Of a stretch of 64,000 nt of DNA, positions 35,421 through 46,800 are shown piece by piece. The DNA comes from Macrostomum lignano (taxonomy: Eukaryota). The stretch spans positions 1-64,000 of the forward strand of contig NIVC01002770.1 of NCBI GenBank assembly GCA_002269645.1, in the 5' to 3' direction. A program made the translations under genes and the position numbers. The notes under the pieces are model-generated. The model did not search any database, was not told the DNA's origin, and saw nothing but the letters and a program-made list of their open reading frames with translations. Position 1 is the stretch's first letter. The number at the start of each line of letters is the position of its first letter.

Positions 35421-36009
35421 TCCCGACTAACCGACTAATTTGCGGCACTCAAGCCGCAAATGATTGTATCGAACAAGGGGTTACAATGCGAGATTCAGAC
35501 GGGCTTACCTCTAAGAACTGCTCTGCCCCTTATAAACAGGATTAAGAAATTCACATCAAATAAAGTGCCAGGTTTCATATGCAGCTAGTATGTCAATTGT
35601 AGTAGGGAAAAAGTACATTTCAAAAAAACATTTCGTAGAAACACTGTCGTATTGGACTGCATAAATAATGGGGATTTGCTGCGATCGTTGATGAGACAGG
35701 CGGCAGGTATGAGCTATCTGCCTAATCCAGGAACAGGTAGAGCGCTGGACAGTGTCCCCAAGCACAATATCCTTGCTTCCTGCCATCTTCTTGTGCCGCG
35801 CCTCCTCTGCTGCGGAACTGACAGCGGAGAAGAAATGAAACGTTCGCGTGCTACTTGAGAAGGAAACGCGGACAGGAACGGTAAAAAAGCAGCGGATCTT
35901 CAAGATCTTTGATTTGGGAGCCGGGTCAAGGCCTGAATAGTACAGCGCCTGAGGCGGAATGTGGCATGCATATTCGATCAAATAAACTGCAACTGGTATC
36001 AGTAGGGGG

Positions 36010-36335
36010 CTGTGGGGAGGCGCCAGTAGAGAACAGTGGGGAGGCGCCAGTAGATAACAGTGGGGAGGCGCCGGTAGATAACAGTGGGGAGGCGCCGGTA
36101 GATAACAGTGGGGAGGCGCCGGTAGATAACAGTGGGGAGGCGCCGGTAGAGAACAGTGGGGAGGCGCCGGTAGAGAACAGTGGGGAGGCGCCAGTAGAGG
36201 GCAGTGGGGAGGCGCCAGTAGTGGGCAGTGGGGGAGGCGCCAGTAGTGGGCAGTGGGGGAGGCGCCAGTAGTGGGCAGTGGGGGAGGCGCCAGTAGAGGG
36301 CAGTGGGGAGGCGCCAGTAGTGGGCAGTGGTGGGG
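36010..36335. repeat. Minisatellite, 24/25-bp unit CAGTGGGGAGGCGCC(A/G)GTAGA(T/G)AA, just 3' of the GPCR
   Basis: Directly visible. Confidence 0.9.
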
Positions 36336-36509
36336 GCGCCATTTGAGCGCGATTAAGTCGCCAGAAGCCGGGTGGTAAGCCTCGCTAAACAAAGCAATGT
36401 AAACAATTGTTTTCCTTCATTTGAAGCAGAAGTACCTTCAGCGAATAATTCAATCGGGCTGCCTCTACCCTCCCGGTTCCCCGCTTCCACCTCCCAGTCT
36501 TCGCAGTCC

Positions 36510-37748
36510 TCAGTTGTCGGCGCCGTTGCAGCCGTCGTCTGCAGTCAGCTCGCCTCCGCAGTTGAAGCTCGCCTCCAGCGCTCGCCGATGTCGCTCCCGC
36601 CTATTCGACATCAGCTGCACCGGCTCTCCGTTCTCGTCTCCGCAGTTGTCAACATCGTCTCCGATTCGCCGTTTGCCAAGCAGCAGCCGGTTGTTGGCCC
36701 TGGCAACCGTGGGATAGGCGGCGGCAGAGACCGAGTTCGAGTGCCGCTCCGAGCGCAGGTAACCGGAAGCGCCGGCCGCCCGGAAGCCGAGCAGCTGCTG
36801 GAAGGCGCAGCGGAACTCTCTCTGATTGAAGCAGTACAGAATCGGGTTGAGTCCGGAGTTCGCGTAGCCGATCCATGTGATCAGGTCCACCTGCCAGTCC
36901 GCCAGGCCGCTGCACTGGCTGCCGGTGAACGGGCAGACGACGTACATGACAAAGAACGGCAGCCAGCAGACGTAGAAGCAGCCAAGGATGAGGCCGAGTG
37001 TCTTTGTAGCCTTGGTCTCGTGCCGGATCTGCCGGGACACCTGAGCGCTCTGCTGCCTGATGAGTTCGCACTGGTCGGTGGCGATCCTGTGCACCCTGGC
37101 GTAGGCCAGCGTCATCACCACCAGGGGCAGGAAAAACGAGGTGCTCGCCGACACCAAAGCATACACCTGGTTAGTCACCATGCGGCACTGCGGCATCTCC
37201 GTTGCTAGGCGACTGGAGTTCGCCGCTTTCCCGCCGGCGGCCGCCGGTCTGAAGATGCCGGAGAACACGGGGCCAAAGCTCAGGCCGATGCTGACCGCCC
37301 AGACGGTGGCGACCGAGATGGCGATGCGGTGCGGCTGCACAATGAGCTTGTAGCGCAGCGGCCGGTTCACGGCGATGTAGCGATCCAGGCTGATGAGGCA
37401 CAGGTGCAGGATGCTGGCCGTGCAGCACATGATGTCGGACGATAGGAAGAATTTGCAGAAGAAATCACCGAACGGCCAGCAGCGGAGGAAGGTGTACACG
37501 CTGGAGGCGATCATCACGATCACGGCGATGGCTATGTCAGCCGTTGCTAAGGACGCTAACAGGTGAAAGCAGCGTTGCGATCGGAGTCGGCGAAATTTCG
37601 CAACAGACGAGACAACCATAGAGTTGCCCAGCACAGTTTCCAGGATCACCAGCAGCATGAGAAGCAGCACCGACAGCTTAGCGGCCAGGTGGGAGCCCGA
37701 CGGAGCCTCCAGCCACAGGCCCTGCGGAGAGCAGCTGCTGGGTAGCAT
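36510..37748 (-). CDS. Class A biogenic-amine GPCR (D1-dopamine / beta-type octopamine receptor-like); the 7TM region is one exon and the true start may be upstream
   Basis: Seven TM segments; TM3 Asp (SDIMCCTASILHLCLISLDRY); TM5 serines (SASTSFFLP); ETKATKTLG; CWLPFF; WIGYANSGLNPILY; short ICL3. Subtype cannot be fixed by eye. Confidence 0.9.
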   Translation of the reverse strand: MLPSSCSPQGLWLEAPSGSHLAAKLSVLLLMLLVILETVLGNSMVVSSVAKFRRLRSQRCFHLLASLATADIAIAVIVMIASSVYTFLRCWPFGDFFCKFFLSSDIMCCTASILHLCLISLDRYIAVNRPLRYKLIVQPHRIAISVATVWAVSIGLSFGPVFSGIFRPAAAGGKAANSSRLATEMPQCRMVTNQVYALVSASTSFFLPLVVMTLAYARVHRIATDQCELIRQQSAQVSRQIRHETKATKTLGLILGCFYVCWLPFFVMYVVCPFTGSQCSGLADWQVDLITWIGYANSGLNPILYCFNQREFRCAFQQLLGFRAAGASGYLRSERHSNSVSAAAYPTVARANNRLLLGKRRIGDDVDNCGDENGEPVQLMSNRRERHRRALEASFNCGGELTADDGCNGADN

Positions 37749-38329
37749 ATGGAGGGGAAAAGTTAGTGTGTCAGCTTTCCAACGGGGCGATTAGCGCTTT
37801 ACATGTTTCCCTCGCGCAGTTAGGGAGCTTATACTGTCACTCACACCCCCTGCATTGCACCCCTGCCTCTGCGCCAATGAAAACTGACCAAATTTGAGTC
37901 CAAAAATCCCAACTCAACTATGCAGTGAAGAAAATTCAGCGTCAAATTTCCTTCAATCTACGAGTAGAAGTGAATCGTTGAGAACATCAGGACGAACTAA
38001 TGAATTAATGAATAGAGCAGTTTTAGGGTACAAAGTCGCAAATACGGTCCAATAAGACTGCGAAGCCTCATAATTGAGAAACACTCAGCTGACCGGATGC
38101 TGCCCTGCTCTGTGTAGCTGTTTGCATCACGTAAGATGCCAGAGGGCCTCCTCGCTAACGAGGGACACAAAGGAGAGAGAGAGAGGTCACTGCCCAAGAA
38201 GAGACAGGGCACGCAGGGCGAAGGAATTTTCTCTACTTGAGCCGCACTCACGGGCTACGATTCGCATATATGAAGCATACCGGCTGTTTGCATAGTATTC
38301 ATTGTAGAACTGAAGCTGCTGACCTTGAT

Positions 38330-39107
<778 letters not shown>

Positions 39108-39538
39108 AATCCTCACATTATCAGAAATTATTATTAGAAATGCTCAGAATATGTTTATCCATCACCTTCTTAGTGATTCTTTCACCCATTCCCAGGCTGT
39201 CTTGAGGTAATCCTTCCGTGCTATTAATAAATCATTATGAACATTGAGCCTCATCCGACTTGAAGCCCTATTGTCTAATGGGGGTCATCCGCGTTCATCC
39301 TATGGCTTCAGCGCGAGCTCAAATCCCACAGGGGGGGGAAGCCAAATGCATATGGAGAGCAATGGCAAAAAAAACAAATGGGGATAAATTCCCAAGAAAG
39401 AGCCTTTTGAAGAGATTAGCATTAGCATCGCAAGGTCGGGTTAGCAATAGTGAGAGTCGCCAGTGCAGTGGCATAGCACAGGAGAAACTGTGGAAGCACT
39501 GAAGAATGGAGCTCAAAGAAGTCTTCCTGGAGAATAGG

Positions 39539-41195
39539 GGAGGGAAGCAGCGGCTACCACTGAAGGATCAGGGAGGGTAGCAGCGGCTACCACTGAAGGA
39601 TCAGGGAGGGAAGCAGCGGCTACCACTGAAGTATCAGGGAGGGAAGCAGCGGCTACCACTGAAGGATCAGGGAGGGAAGCAGCGGCTACCACTGAAGGAT
39701 CAGGGAGGGTAGCAGCGGCTACCACTGAAGGATCAGGGAGGGTAGCAGCGGCTACCACTGAAGGATCAGGGAGGGTAGCAGCGGCTACCACTGAAGGATC
39801 AGGGAGGGTAGCAGCGGCTACCACTGAAGGATCAGGGAGGGAAGCAGCGGCTACCACTGAAGTATCAGGGAGGGAAGCAGCGGCTACCACTGAAGTATCA
39901 GGGAGGGAAGCAGCGGCTACCACTGAAGGATCAGGGAGGGTAGCAGCGGCTACCACTGAAGGATCAGGGAGGGAAGCAGCGGCTACCACTGAAGTATCAG
40001 GGAGGGAGCTAGCGGCTACCACTGAAGGATCAGGGAGGGTAGCAGCGGCTACCACTGAAGGATCAGGGAGGGAGCAGCGGCTACCACTGAAGGATCAGGG
40101 AGGGTAGCAGCGGCTACCACTGAAGGATCAGGGAGGGTAGCAGCGGCTACCACTGAAGGATCAGGGAGGGTAGCAGCGGCTACCACTGAAGGATCAGGGA
40201 GGGTAGCAGCGGCTACCACTGAAGGATCAGGGAGGGAAGCAGCGGCTACCACTGAAGGATCAGGGAGGGTAGCAGCGGCTACCACTGAAGGATCAGGGAG
40301 GGAAGCAGCGGCTACCACTGAAGGATCAGGGAGGGTAGCAGCGGCTACCACTGAAGGATCAGGGAGGGTAGCAGCGGCTACCACTGAAGGATCAGGGAGG
40401 GTAGCAGCGGCTACCACTGAAGAATCAGGGAGGGTAGCAGCGGCTACCACTGAAGGATCAGGGAGGGAACTAGCGGCTACCACTGAAGGATCAGGAAGGG
40501 AAGCAGCGGCTACCACTGAAGGATCAGGGAGGGTAGCAGCGGCTACCACTGAAGGATCAGGGAGGGTAGCAGCGGCTACCACTGAAGGATCAGGGAGGGA
40601 AGCAGCGGCTACCACTGAAGGATCAGGGAGGGAAGCAGCGGCTACCACTGAAGGATCAGGGAGGGAAGCAGCGGCTACCACTGAAGGATCAGGGAGGGAA
40701 CTAGCGGCTACCACTGAAGGATCAGGAAGGGAAGCAGCGGCTACCACTGAAGGATCAGGGAGGGAAGCAGCGGCTACCACTGAAGGATCAGGGAGGGAAG
40801 CAGCGGCTACCACTGAAGGATCAGGGAGGGAAGCAGCGGCTACCACTGAAGGATCAGGGAGGGAAGCAGCGGCTACCACTGAAGGATCAGGGAGGGAAGC
40901 AGCGGCTACCACTGAAGGATCAGGAAGGGAAGCAGCGGCTACCACTGAAGGATCAGGGAGGGAAGCAGCGGCTACCACTGAAGGATCAGGGAGGAAAGCA
41001 GCGGCTACCACTGAAGGATCATACAGGGAGGGAGCTAGAGGTATCAGGGAGGGAGCTAGCGGCTACCACTGAAGGATCAGGGAGGGAACTAGCGGCTACC
41101 ACTGAAGGATCAGGGAGGGAACTAGCGGCTACCACTGAAGGATCAGGGAGGGAACTAGCGGCTACCACTGAAGGATCAGGGAGGGAAGCAGCAGC
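39539..41195. repeat. Minisatellite, 33-bp unit GAAGGATCAGGGAGGG(T/A)AGCAGCGGCTACCACT (~50 copies)
   Basis: Directly visible. Confidence 0.97.
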
Positions 41196-41704
41196 TACAA
41201 TGAGGCATATTAGACTTATTGGTATCAAAGCCAGTTTGCTATTTTGTACATGTTCGAGGCTCCAGTTTGTTGGCACAGATGGGGAGAATGTTTTCACAGC
41301 TTTCAAAGGATTCTTCGAATTTCAGATGAGGCTAAAAATATTCCCTGTCCCGATGCTCCTGGTGCAATATCCGATGCTCTGCTCTCCCCAGGGATTTCGA
41401 ATGCCGTTTTTTACCTTCGATTCACAAATTCTCATGTCTTCCTCTGTACAGTTTTCCCAATTTTCCATTGGGATGCGGGAGGGGGTGGCCGAGCCAATTT
41501 TCGAGCATGCCTCACAGTTGTCACGCTTCGTTAAGGGAAAAAATTCAGAGCTTCTGGATAACAACTCCAAACTTGTTATTGATCCCACGCTGCGGAGTTT
41601 TCTCGGATTACTGGCTTGTACTTTTGTCTATGCAGACCTCTGGATATCCGTTTCCTAGGGGCTGAGACAGACATAACCCAACATCCAATTTGGATTGACT
41701 AGCC

Positions 41705-42385
41705 TCTCTAGATACCATACAGACTGTCTACTCTCCCTCTCTAGATACCATACAGACTGTCTACTCTCCCTCTCTAGATACCATACAGACTGTCTACTCT
41801 CCTTCTCTAGATACCAAACAGACTGTCTACTCTCCCTCTCTAGATACCATACAGACTGTCTACTCTCCCTCTCTAGATACCATACAGACTGTCTACTCTC
41901 CCTCTCTAGATACCATACAGACTGTCTACTCTCCCTCTAGATACCATACAGACTGTCTACTCTCCCTCTCTAGATACCATACAGACTGTCTACTCTCCCT
42001 CTCTAGATACCATACAGACTGTCTACTCCCTCTCTAGATACCATACAGACTGTCTACTCTCCCTCTCTAGATACCATACAGACTGTCTACTAGATACCAT
42101 ACAGACTGTCTACTCTCCCTCTAGATACCATACAGACTGTCTACTCTCCCTCTCTAGATACCATACAGACTGTCTACTCCCTCTCTAGATACCATACAGA
42201 CTGTCTACTCTCCCTCTCTAGATACCATACAGACTGTCTACTCCCTCTCTAGATACCATACAGACTGTCTACTCCCTCTCTAGATACCATACAGACTGTC
42301 TACTCTCTCTCTCTCACTTTCTCTCTCTCTCTCCCTCTCTAGATACCATACAGACTGTCTACTCAGATACCATACAGACTGTCGA
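41705..42385. repeat. Minisatellite, 31-33-bp unit CTAGATACCATACAGACTGTCTACTCTCCCTCT
   Basis: Directly visible. Confidence 0.95.
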
Positions 42386-42612
42386 CCACAACTGTAATTA
42401 AGACTGAAAAATTCACTATATGATTAGCAAATACTGGAATTAAAAATATTTTCTTTGTTTATAATAATGTATGTTTGTTTCCAAAATAATCGACTTTTTA
42501 TAGTCTCACAGAAGAAGCTTATATAGGAGTCGCCAGGAATGCTTTTAAAAATACAACATGACTGTCTATGGCAAAAATAAGTCTCAACTGTTATCGAATC
42601 GGAATACAGCAA

Positions 42613-42988
42613 CATGGATGAATGAATAGAATGGACCGCTATTCTGGCTCTGGCTATTTTCGTTCTTGACTCTTTTGCATCCAGTTCCCCCCCCCCGTGC
42701 CTTTTCATTGGTTGATGATTGCCATAGACAATTTTCGGCCCCTGCCCCCCTCTTTCGATGCACAAGCGCTTTCTTGTTAGTAAATAGAAGTTACTTGTGT
42801 TGAAATTAAACTTTGTTGAAATTCTCAGTTCTTTGCGCTTGTGCATCGAAAGAAAGGGGCGAAGGCCGAAAACTGTCTATGGCAATCATCAACCAATGAA
42901 AAGGCACGGGGGGGAACCGGATGCAAAAGAGTCAAAAACGAAAATAGCCAGAGCCAGAATAGCAATTCATTCTATTCATTCATCCATG
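42613..42988. mobile_element. Foldback MITE, probably P-element superfamily (CAT termini, 8-bp TSD)
   Basis: ~157-bp inverted arms (42613-42769 / 42835-42988) starting CATGGATGAATGAATAGAATG; 65-bp spacer; exact TSD TACAGCAA at 42605-42612 and 42989-42996. Confidence 0.85.
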
Positions 42989-43124
42989 TACAGCAACCGC
43001 ATAATTTTATACACCTGCGATTTCATAATCGGCACTGAAAACAATTCAAAATGAAACTCAACGGTACCGCATTGGAGTGGGAACGGACTACACTTGAACT
43101 TTAGGTTCACAAAAACAAGTCGTA

Positions 43125-43575
43125 TAGCTTAAACACAAATCCTTGTAAATTAAACACACATCCTTGTTGCTTAAACACAAATCCTTGTAAATTAAACACA
43201 AATCCTTGTTGCTGAAACACAAATCCTTGTAAATTAAACACAAATCCTTGTTGCTTAAACACAAATCCTTGTAAATTAAACACAAATCCTTGTTGCTTAA
43301 ACACAAATCCTGGTTGCTTACATACAAGTTCTTGTTGCTTAAACACAAACATTGTAGATTAAACACATAATTGTTGCTTAAATACGAAAAAACTGTTGCC
43401 TAAACACAAGTTGTTTCTGCCTAAACACAAGTTCTTTCTGCCTAGCCTAAACACAAGTTCTTACAGCTGAAACACAAATCCTTGTAGCCTAAACACAAAT
43501 CCTTGTTGCTTGAACACAAGTTCTTGTTGTTTAAACACTAATCCTCGTAGCCCAAAGACAAGTTCTTGTACCTTA
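43125..43575. repeat. Minisatellite, 21-bp unit AAACACAAATCCTTGT(AAATT/TGCTT)
   Basis: Directly visible, decaying rightwards. Confidence 0.9.
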
Positions 43576-43833
43576 AACACAAAGTAGTTACCCTTTGCTC
43601 AATGTCTTACTGAACTAATATTTGAAGTTTCACGAAAATATGAATAATAAATTACACTCATGCAGTGAGCGACTTAACTTGCAAATTTGAGATAGAATCT
43701 CATTTGCATCCTCAACGTAGGGCAACTCCTAAATGTTGCCGAGTAAATTCTAACTAATTTAAAGCTCAACAAGTCCCAGAGATGCAAAAAAACTGTTTGT
43801 ACAAGCGCAGGAAACTCGTTTTTGGCCTGTCTG

Positions 43834-46800
43834 TCAGTCCAGCGACGCCAATCGTCGCAAACTCCGCCGAAGGCTGCCGCCGCTGCTGCCGCCGACGCCT
43901 CCCGCGGCTGCTCTCCGCTGCTGCCTGCTGCCGAATCCGCGCTCCACCTGCTGGACCTCATCGTCAACCAGGAAGCGCAGCCTGCCGCCCGTGGCCTCCG
44001 CTGCTTCGGCAATCTCCTGTCGCAGCGTCTTCTCCTCGGCGCCCATGCCGCTACCGTGGCCGTCGGCGCCGCGCCGATTGCGCAAGTTATTCGCGGCGCG
44101 GACCAGGCGAAGTCGGGGGGCGGAAATTTTCGCCGCCTCCAGCAGGCGCCGGAGTCCCCGGCCGCCCAGACGGCAGGAGTTCACCGCCAGGCTCTCCAGC
44201 CGGCGCGGCAGGCGGGCCGCCAGAGCCCCCGCTCCGGCCTCGCCCAGGTGGTTGCGGCCGAAGTCCAGCCTGCGGCAGCCGTCGCAGCCGCCGGAGCTGA
44301 GCAGCTTCTGCAGGTCGGTGGCGAACAGGTTGACCCCGGCCAGGCCCAACTCGGACAGCCGGCCGCTGCCTCCGCCGCCGCCGCCGCCGCCTTTAGTTCC
44401 ACGTTCGAATCGCTCGGCAAGGCGGGCGAGGATGAGGCAGTTCATGCGGTTGTCGCTCAGGTCCAGCACCCGCAGGTTGGCGGCCGCGGCGCCAGGCAGG
44501 CTGTCCACAATGGCTCGAAGTGCGTCGCTGGCCAGCCGGCAGCCGCGCAGGCGAATTCCGCTTAGCCCAGCAGCGGGGTCAAACAGGCCGGCCACGGTGG
44601 CCGGGGTCGCCTCGGACAGGTCGTTCCAGCTCAGGTCGAGGTCAGCCAGCAGCGGCAGAGTCACGGGCAGGCAGCCGGCCAGCAGCGACAGGCCGAACTG
44701 GGTGATGCCGCAGGCGGACAGGTCCAGGACCTCCAGGCTGGCGAGCTGCTGCTGCGGCAGGAGGCACAGGGCCGACAGGGACTCGTCGCCGAGCGCGGCG
44801 CCAGCCAGGCAGAGGACGCGCAGCCGGCTGGATCGCTGGGTGAGCACCAGGGTGGGCAGCAGGCCGGAGTCCAGGTCGCAGCCGGCCAGGGACAGCTCGA
44901 CCACCGGCTGCAGGGATTTGCCGACCAGCTGCTTGAAGAACCAGGCGTTGACGCCGGACCCGGTGAGGTCCAGGGACAGCGCCGGGGAGAAGTTTGAGCA
45001 CAGCCAGTCGGGTTCGTTGACGGCGGCAACCTTCCGAGCGGACAGCTGGTCGCGAGCTTCCCGGTGTCGTCCGAGTTCGCCGACTAATTTGGCATCCTGC
45101 GCAATCGACTGCTCGTTCGAGTTGCTCAGGTAGAGCAGCTGAGGTGCAGGTGTATAACGGGTTACAATGGTCAGCTTCTGGAGCTACATCTGGAGGCTGC
45201 CTTCGGCTGGGGGGTGTTTTACGAACTGCGTCTTAAGACTGACTCCTAAGTTCCAACTTAGGCTCGAACTTAAGACTGAGCCGTAAATGCGTTTTACAAA
45301 CACTTAGGAGTCACTTCTAACCTCGATATTAGCTAAGGTCGAGCTTTGGTTGTGGACGAGAAACTTTAAGATAGGGTTGACCATAGACTAATTCCGCGTG
45401 GCGTCAAACTTTAGCCGTTTTATATATGCCTTATGTTAGCCAGCAGAGACACGGTCACAGCTTATAGTACTTCTTGTTCATTGAGTTTATTTTGCATTGC
45501 AAATCACATTCCTTTGCCTCTCGGTCGTACGACGAGCAATTAAAACGGCAAACATTTTATTCCAAAAGATTGGCTCTTGCTGTTCAGATGGCGACTCGAA
45601 ACTTGGGACAACTCTAGATGTGTCCTAAAGTTAAGATCGACCATGACAGTTTTGGTCATAGACAGTCTCTCTTGATAAAACGCACCAGTCGTAAGTTCGA
45701 TCTTATCTTCCCTTAGGTCAGACCTAAGTTGGATTCCAGCTAAGATCGACTTTTATCTTCATAGAACACGTCTATCCTAAACTCAATCCTAAGTTTGATC
45801 TTAGGATTGAACTTTGGTTCGTAAAACACCGCCCTGTTTAGTCCAAAGACTGGGGGGTCGCCACACACACCCTCAATTACCCCAGCTAATGCTGGCACCC
45901 ATTTTACGGCTGGGTGAACTGAAGCAATGCAGAGTTAAGTGTCTTGCTCAAGGACACAAATTGTACCTTTCAATCGTGAGTGTCCGACGCTCTTACCACT
46001 AGGCTACAACCCCGACAGACTCTCTCAAAACCGCCCAATGCAGTGGCGCACTCACCTGTATTTGACATCTGAGGTGCTGGTCCTCCTCCCTACCGGCGTC
46101 GCCATCGATAAGGTGCACTCCGCGCAGGAAGGCGTCCACCCGCTTGCGCTTGCCCGCCCGGCTGTCCGGCTGCGCGAACAGATGCTTCGCCGCCAGTAGG
46201 GCGAACAGGTCGGCCAGAAAGTGCAGAATCGCCGAGAACTGCTGATAGAACGGGCCGCCGGCTACGTCGCCAACTGTCAGGCACTGCGCCAGCTTGCGCA
46301 AACTGGTCTCGGACCAATCAAAAAGTTGAACGAATCGTTCAGCTCGAGCTGTAGCGGTTGAGTTCGGCGTCTTGAGCAGCTCACGCACCGACTGTTCCGA
46401 TAGGCAGCCGCGCGCTCGGCACAAGCGCAAGAAGTCGGCGCCGCCGATTGGTAGGCTCTGTACGAAGGCGCGGGAAAGAATCTGACGCGCGGCGCGAGAT
46501 CGAGACTCCAGCGGCAGAGTTAGCTGGCCCGTGTCGGCTGCGGACGCGAGTTCGCCTGCTTGATGGAGGAGCTCCCGGGATGCCGCCTGCGCCAGGTGGT
46601 CCATGTGGCACATTGTCGAGCCGAAGCTGCGGGCGAATTAGTGGTCTGTAGTTAGGTCTATATACAGTTAGAGGTCCTGACATGGTCCTTTTGCTCACAT
46701 CTCACTTTTTAAAAAATGTTACAGTGCATAGCAGTCTCGCGAACAATCTTAGAACCCATTGTGTCATCTAAGGACACCTTAGTTATCTAAGGACACGGTA

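Noticed and set aside
39196-39206. 11-nt micro-exon candidate (cccag|GCTGTCTTGAG|gtaatc)
   Set aside because: No partner exons could be linked; such a motif is expected by chance.
39539-41658. 33-bp array read as a mucin-like EGSGR(V/E)AAATT protein running into ORF 41200..41658
   Set aside because: Frame breaks at ~40070 and ~41020, no start or splice acceptor, and no recognisable domain.
43782-45133. Long plus-strand ORFs antisense to the LRR gene (similarly 36372..37208 and 51507..51965)
   Set aside because: Shadow ORFs of GC-rich coding sequence with no independent motifs.
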